From Promethearchaeota archaeon (lineage in GTDB: Archaea; Asgardarchaeota; Lokiarchaeia; Sigyniarchaeales; SOKP01): a stretch of DNA of 64,000 nucleotides. Under the pieces are notes generated by a model. The model had not been told where the DNA came from. It made no database searches and saw only the letters and a list, made by a program, of their open reading frames with translations. This document shows positions 60,703 through 64,000 of this stretch, piece after piece (positions within the stretch are counted from its first letter, which is position 1; the number at the start of each line of letters is the position of its first letter). The stretch lies in assembly GCA_016839555.1 (NCBI GenBank), contig JAEOUA010000006.1:448001-512000 (forward strand), read 5' to 3'. The position numbers and the translations under genes were made by a program.

Positions 60703-63700
60703 TTATTTTAATTTCCAATACTTTTTACCTTTTTTAGTTTGAAGGATTATTTCTCCTTTTCTTTCTAATTCTTTTAATTTTACTTGCAGCAATCTCGCAT
60801 CAAGCATATCTTTTATTCTCATTTTAAAGATTAATTGTTTGATTGTTTGCCACTCTTTGTTATCTAATGCCTTTAAAATTCCATCTGTAGTAATAATTGG
60901 CAATTTTGTTTGCATTGTTGTAGGATATTTTGGTATGACTTTTGGTTTGATTTTTTCTTTTTTAACTTTTTCAATTCTTTTAACCATTTTTTTCTTTTCT
61001 TCAGCCTTTTCTCGCTTCTGTTCTTTTTCGACTTTACCAACCGATTGTTGGATTAAGTCCATTATTTCTGCTTTCCTTACCTTTGATGGTACTTCTATCT
61101 TATTCTCTTTTGCAATATGTTTTAATTCTTTTATAGTATAATTCTCAAGGTTATGATAGTCTATTTCCTTTAGTTCTTCTTTCTCTTCTATTTTCTCTTC
61201 TTTTTTCTTTTCTTTTACTATCTCTATTTTTTCTTCCTTTATTTTTTTTTCTTCTTTTAATTTCTTTTCATCGTCCTCTATTTTTGCTTTCTGCGGTATA
61301 ACTTTTGCTTCAATAGTTTTTAAGGAAATTTCTTCAGTCAAACCATGGATAACCTTTCCTATTGGAGCTTTTATTAATTTTTCTAATTCTTCTTTTTTTA
61401 TTTGATCTTTATACTTACTACCTTCTATTGCAATATTATAGAGACTTTCAACAAATTTAGGAATATATCTCTCAATTAAATTAGCTCTTTTTTCCTTTCT
61501 ACGAATTTTTGCTCTTCTATTTAGATAAACTCTTAGTCTTCTTCCAATGGCTTCTAAACAATATTTTATTTCATCCATTAAATTTTCGTCTTCTGCCAAT
61601 GAATTTTTAGACTGAGATTTAAACATCAAATGAACATATGGTCCAGAAACATTAACCAAAATTTTAATAGGTCCTTTAGGTAATCCATTATCGAAGGTGT
61701 CTAATTTATAATTTTTCCAATTGACATTCTTAACTGCGTTTGTTATAGCACAGCCTGCAGTATCTCTTAATTTAGGAGTTCTATTTACAAATCTTGATAA
61801 TACATCCCTCGATCTTTTGGGGACTTCTAAATTATTACTATATGCTAAAACTGCCTCTACAATATAAGCTAATCCTTTTCCACTTACGGGATCTCGTGTT
61901 TCAGCCCCTACAAAATCATCATCTGTAGTGAAATTTTCGACAAAATATTCAAAAATCTGTTTATACTCAATTTTTTCTGAAGCTTCAGCATTAGCTAAAG
62001 TATTATTAAACTCATCTTCAAACCCTTCTGGTTCAAAATTTCCATCTTCGAATATTAGTGAGGAAAGAACTTTAGAATTAGTAGTTATAATCTCACTTTT
62101 ATCGATTTGAATATTTTTTAAACTATCACTTACCTCCTCAGACCCTTCTAATACTCTCTGTTTCTTTTTTCTCCTTATTAATTTTTCTCGCATCGGTGTT
62201 AGATTTATTTCAGGAGTCCCGAAATCATCTAGATTTTCCGATACTTTTAAACCTAATTCTTTTATTAAAGTATTCTCTAATACAACATCTCCTACAGGTA
62301 CTACTGTATCAGTAGGAGGAGCCATATATTTCATTGATTTGAATGCAAAAAAAAGTGAATTAAACTGATTATTTGTTAATTCACTCGGTTTCGTATCTGA
62401 AATTTTAACAGCTTTTGCTTTATCCGTATATTCATTTACAATTTTTTTTGTCTTTATTTCATTTAATCCGTCATGTATATCCTTAAAAATTTTAGTAAGA
62501 TTATTTCTAATTTTATCCTTTTTTTTTTGAAACTCATCTATTTCCTCTCGAGATGCTCGGACATCTCGTTTAATATTTTTCTGTTCTTTTTTAGTATTAG
62601 CATCTTGGATATCTGCTTTTAATTTTTTTATTTTTTTATTAATATTATCAATCTTTTTATTATATTTTTGGAAATTTTTAATCTCATTCCAATATTTTTC
62701 TCTTAATTCGTTTGAGATAACTTCATAGAGAATTAATTTTTTTCTTGGTTTATTGGATTTTCCATATATCCTATTCTCATATCGTAAGTAATATATTTTA
62801 TCCTCTTGTTTTTTCGCTTTAGCTATGAAGCTATCTTCAAGAATAAGTAGATCTAATTGATCTTGTAAATCTTTCTCTGCTAAATCAACTACCTCTTTTG
62901 CGGTATTATAACTCATTCTCACAAAATTATCTTGAAGAAATGAGGTAAAAGCAAGATGATCTGATTTTGCTAATAAATCTTGAAGATCTCCAATATTAGT
63001 TGATGATGGATGAGGTTTTGCATATTTAGGTTCAGCTGGAAAAGGAGAAACTTTTCTTGGATAAATATGTTCTTCGTTATAAGGATCTATATAAATTATT
63101 GTGACATGAGGATTCATTAAAGCTGTTTCTTTAACATATACATCTACATATCCTCTATTATATTTAACATTAAGATAGTTGAGCTTAGTATAAGTTCCAT
63201 GTAGAAAAGAAACGTCAATTTCTGTGGGATTCACTACATATCTTTTTTCATTTTTTGAAGTAGTAAAGAATTCTGAAGCTGTCGCATATAAATTATCTGA
63301 GGTTTTTGAAACTGTCACAATTGGTTTTCCCGTGGTGTTTTGAGCATCGCTAAAAGCACTAGGAGCTCCAAATCCTTGACTCCCTCGTGTTTGTTTTAAT
63401 TCCATACTTTTAGAAGAAGCAAGATATTTTCCAAATTTTTCTAAATCTGAAGGACCCATTCCGAGACCATTATCAAATACTTCAAATTTATAACTCATTA
63501 TATTTTTAGCGTCTATTTCTCCAGTTAATAATGAATGTGCTTCTGATTCTGTAATTCTTATAATAACAAGTGGTTCTTTATCAATGATATTAATATGATC
63601 TACAGGTTTTATAAGACTCTCCATATCTTCAACAATTTTTTTAACCTCTATTTCTTCAATCTCTTCTTTCTTTTTAGGCAGAGCTTTTTCTGTTTTTGAT

Positions 63701-64000
63701 AGGGTATCCCGACTTTCAGAATCTTGTGGTTTTTGAGAAGGAGCTATTATTTCATCCATTAGAGTGCGTTTAAGTGTATCACTTAATGTTTTAGGGCCCT
63801 TTTGCTCTCCCTCGCCCTGTAAGATTGAAAAATTTTCTAGAAATAGTTCTTGATCTAAGGTGTATTTTATCTGAGAGTCTTCTTTTTTTAATTCATTCCA
63901 TTGGAATGATTCTATAGCGTCAAGGGCATTATCTAAGAATTCGGCACAATATTGATTCCATAGCCTCAGGAGATCTGAGGGATTCTTGTATGTTTCCAAA
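60703..64000 (-). CDS. top6B: DNA topoisomerase VI subunit B, expanded; probably 5'-truncated by the window edge
   Basis: EFLDNALDA, FDNGLGM, QTRGSQGFGA, HGT, ALMNPH, KPHP, RFVNRTP; large insertions and a C-terminal extension. Confidence 0.92.
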   Translation of the reverse strand, partial: LETYKNPSDLLRLWNQYCAEFLDNALDAIESFQWNELKKEDSQIKYTLDQELFLENFSILQGEGEQKGPKTLSDTLKRTLMDEIIAPSQKPQDSESRDTLSKTEKALPKKKEEIEEIEVKKIVEDMESLIKPVDHINIIDKEPLVIIRITESEAHSLLTGEIDAKNIMSYKFEVFDNGLGMGPSDLEKFGKYLASSKSMELKQTRGSQGFGAPSAFSDAQNTTGKPIVTVSKTSDNLYATASEFFTTSKNEKRYVVNPTEIDVSFLHGTYTKLNYLNVKYNRGYVDVYVKETALMNPHVTIIYIDPYNEEHIYPRKVSPFPAEPKYAKPHPSSTNIGDLQDLLAKSDHLAFTSFLQDNFVRMSYNTAKEVVDLAEKDLQDQLDLLILEDSFIAKAKKQEDKIYYLRYENRIYGKSNKPRKKLILYEVISNELREKYWNEIKNFQKYNKKIDNINKKIKKLKADIQDANTKKEQKNIKRDVRASREEIDEFQKKKDKIRNNLTKIFKDIHDGLNEIKTKKIVNEYTDKAKAVKISDTKPSELTNNQFNSLFFAFKSMKYMAPPTDTVVPVGDVVLENTLIKELGLKVSENLDDFGTPEINLTPMREKLIRRKKKQRVLEGSEEVSDSLKNIQIDKSEIITTNSKVLSSLIFEDGNFEPEGFEDEFNNTLANAEASEKIEYKQIFEYFVENFTTDDDFVGAETRDPVSGKGLAYIVEAVLAYSNNLEVPKRSRDVLSRFVNRTPKLRDTAGCAITNAVKNVNWKNYKLDTFDNGLPKGPIKILVNVSGPYVHLMFKSQSKNSLAEDENLMDEIKYCLEAIGRRLRVYLNRRAKIRRKEKRANLIERYIPKFVESLYNIAIEGSKYKDQIKKEELEKLIKAPIGKVIHGLTEEISLKTIEAKVIPQKAKIEDDEKKLKEEKKIKEEKIEIVKEKKKEEKIEEKEELKEIDYHNLENYTIKELKHIAKENKIEVPSKVRKAEIMDLIQQSVGKVEKEQKREKAEEKKKMVKRIEKVKKEKIKPKVIPKYPTTMQTKLPIITTDGILKALDNKEWQTIKQLIFKMRIKDMLDARLLQVKLKELERKGEIILQTKKGKKYWKLK

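Noticed and set aside
1019-62110. Many short ORFs in the track (e.g. 1019-1231, 5205-5669, 14801-15148, 49351-49899, 54492-54812, 60839-61141)
   Set aside because: They lie antisense to, or out of frame within, well-supported genes and show no motifs; shadow ORFs.
51824-64000. Inteins in MCM or Top6B
   Set aside because: MCM has normal length; the Top6B inserts lack C/S-start and HN-end splice motifs and LAGLIDADG signatures.
1-64000. Mobile elements or provirus
   Set aside because: No transposase, integrase or terminal repeats seen, and I noticed no duplicate of the tRNA 3' end.

Overview
AT-rich, gene-dense archaeal chromosomal segment, most likely from an Asgard archaeon of the Lokiarchaeia type. 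That assignment is an inference from co-occurring ribophorin I, Sec61beta, roadblock, longin-like, Bet3/V4R-like and Rab-like GTPase genes alongside archaeal MCM, Gins23 and Top6A/B. The window has about 50 CDS and no CRISPR array, rRNA or transposase that I can see. Main observations: (1) a tRNA-Gln(UUG) gene split by two non-canonical BHB-type introns (21/22 and 48/49), with C at position 33; (2) a 12-kb, seven-gene MoxR AAA+/DUF58/DUF4350/DUF4129 surface operon whose transglutaminase-like member has lost its catalytic Cys and His; (3) an unannotated back-to-back pseudogene pair, a PPP Ser/Thr phosphatase fragment and a frameshifted kinase-like gene; (4) apparent ATA/ATT start codons; (5) a membrane-anchored HEAT solenoid between mcm and gins23; (6) a greatly expanded Top6B; (7) a chimeric LeuRS; (8) a LipS2-ligase-LipS1-thioesterase-FbiB-like-CofD cofactor cluster. 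All family assignments come from recognising motifs by eye; no database searches were run.
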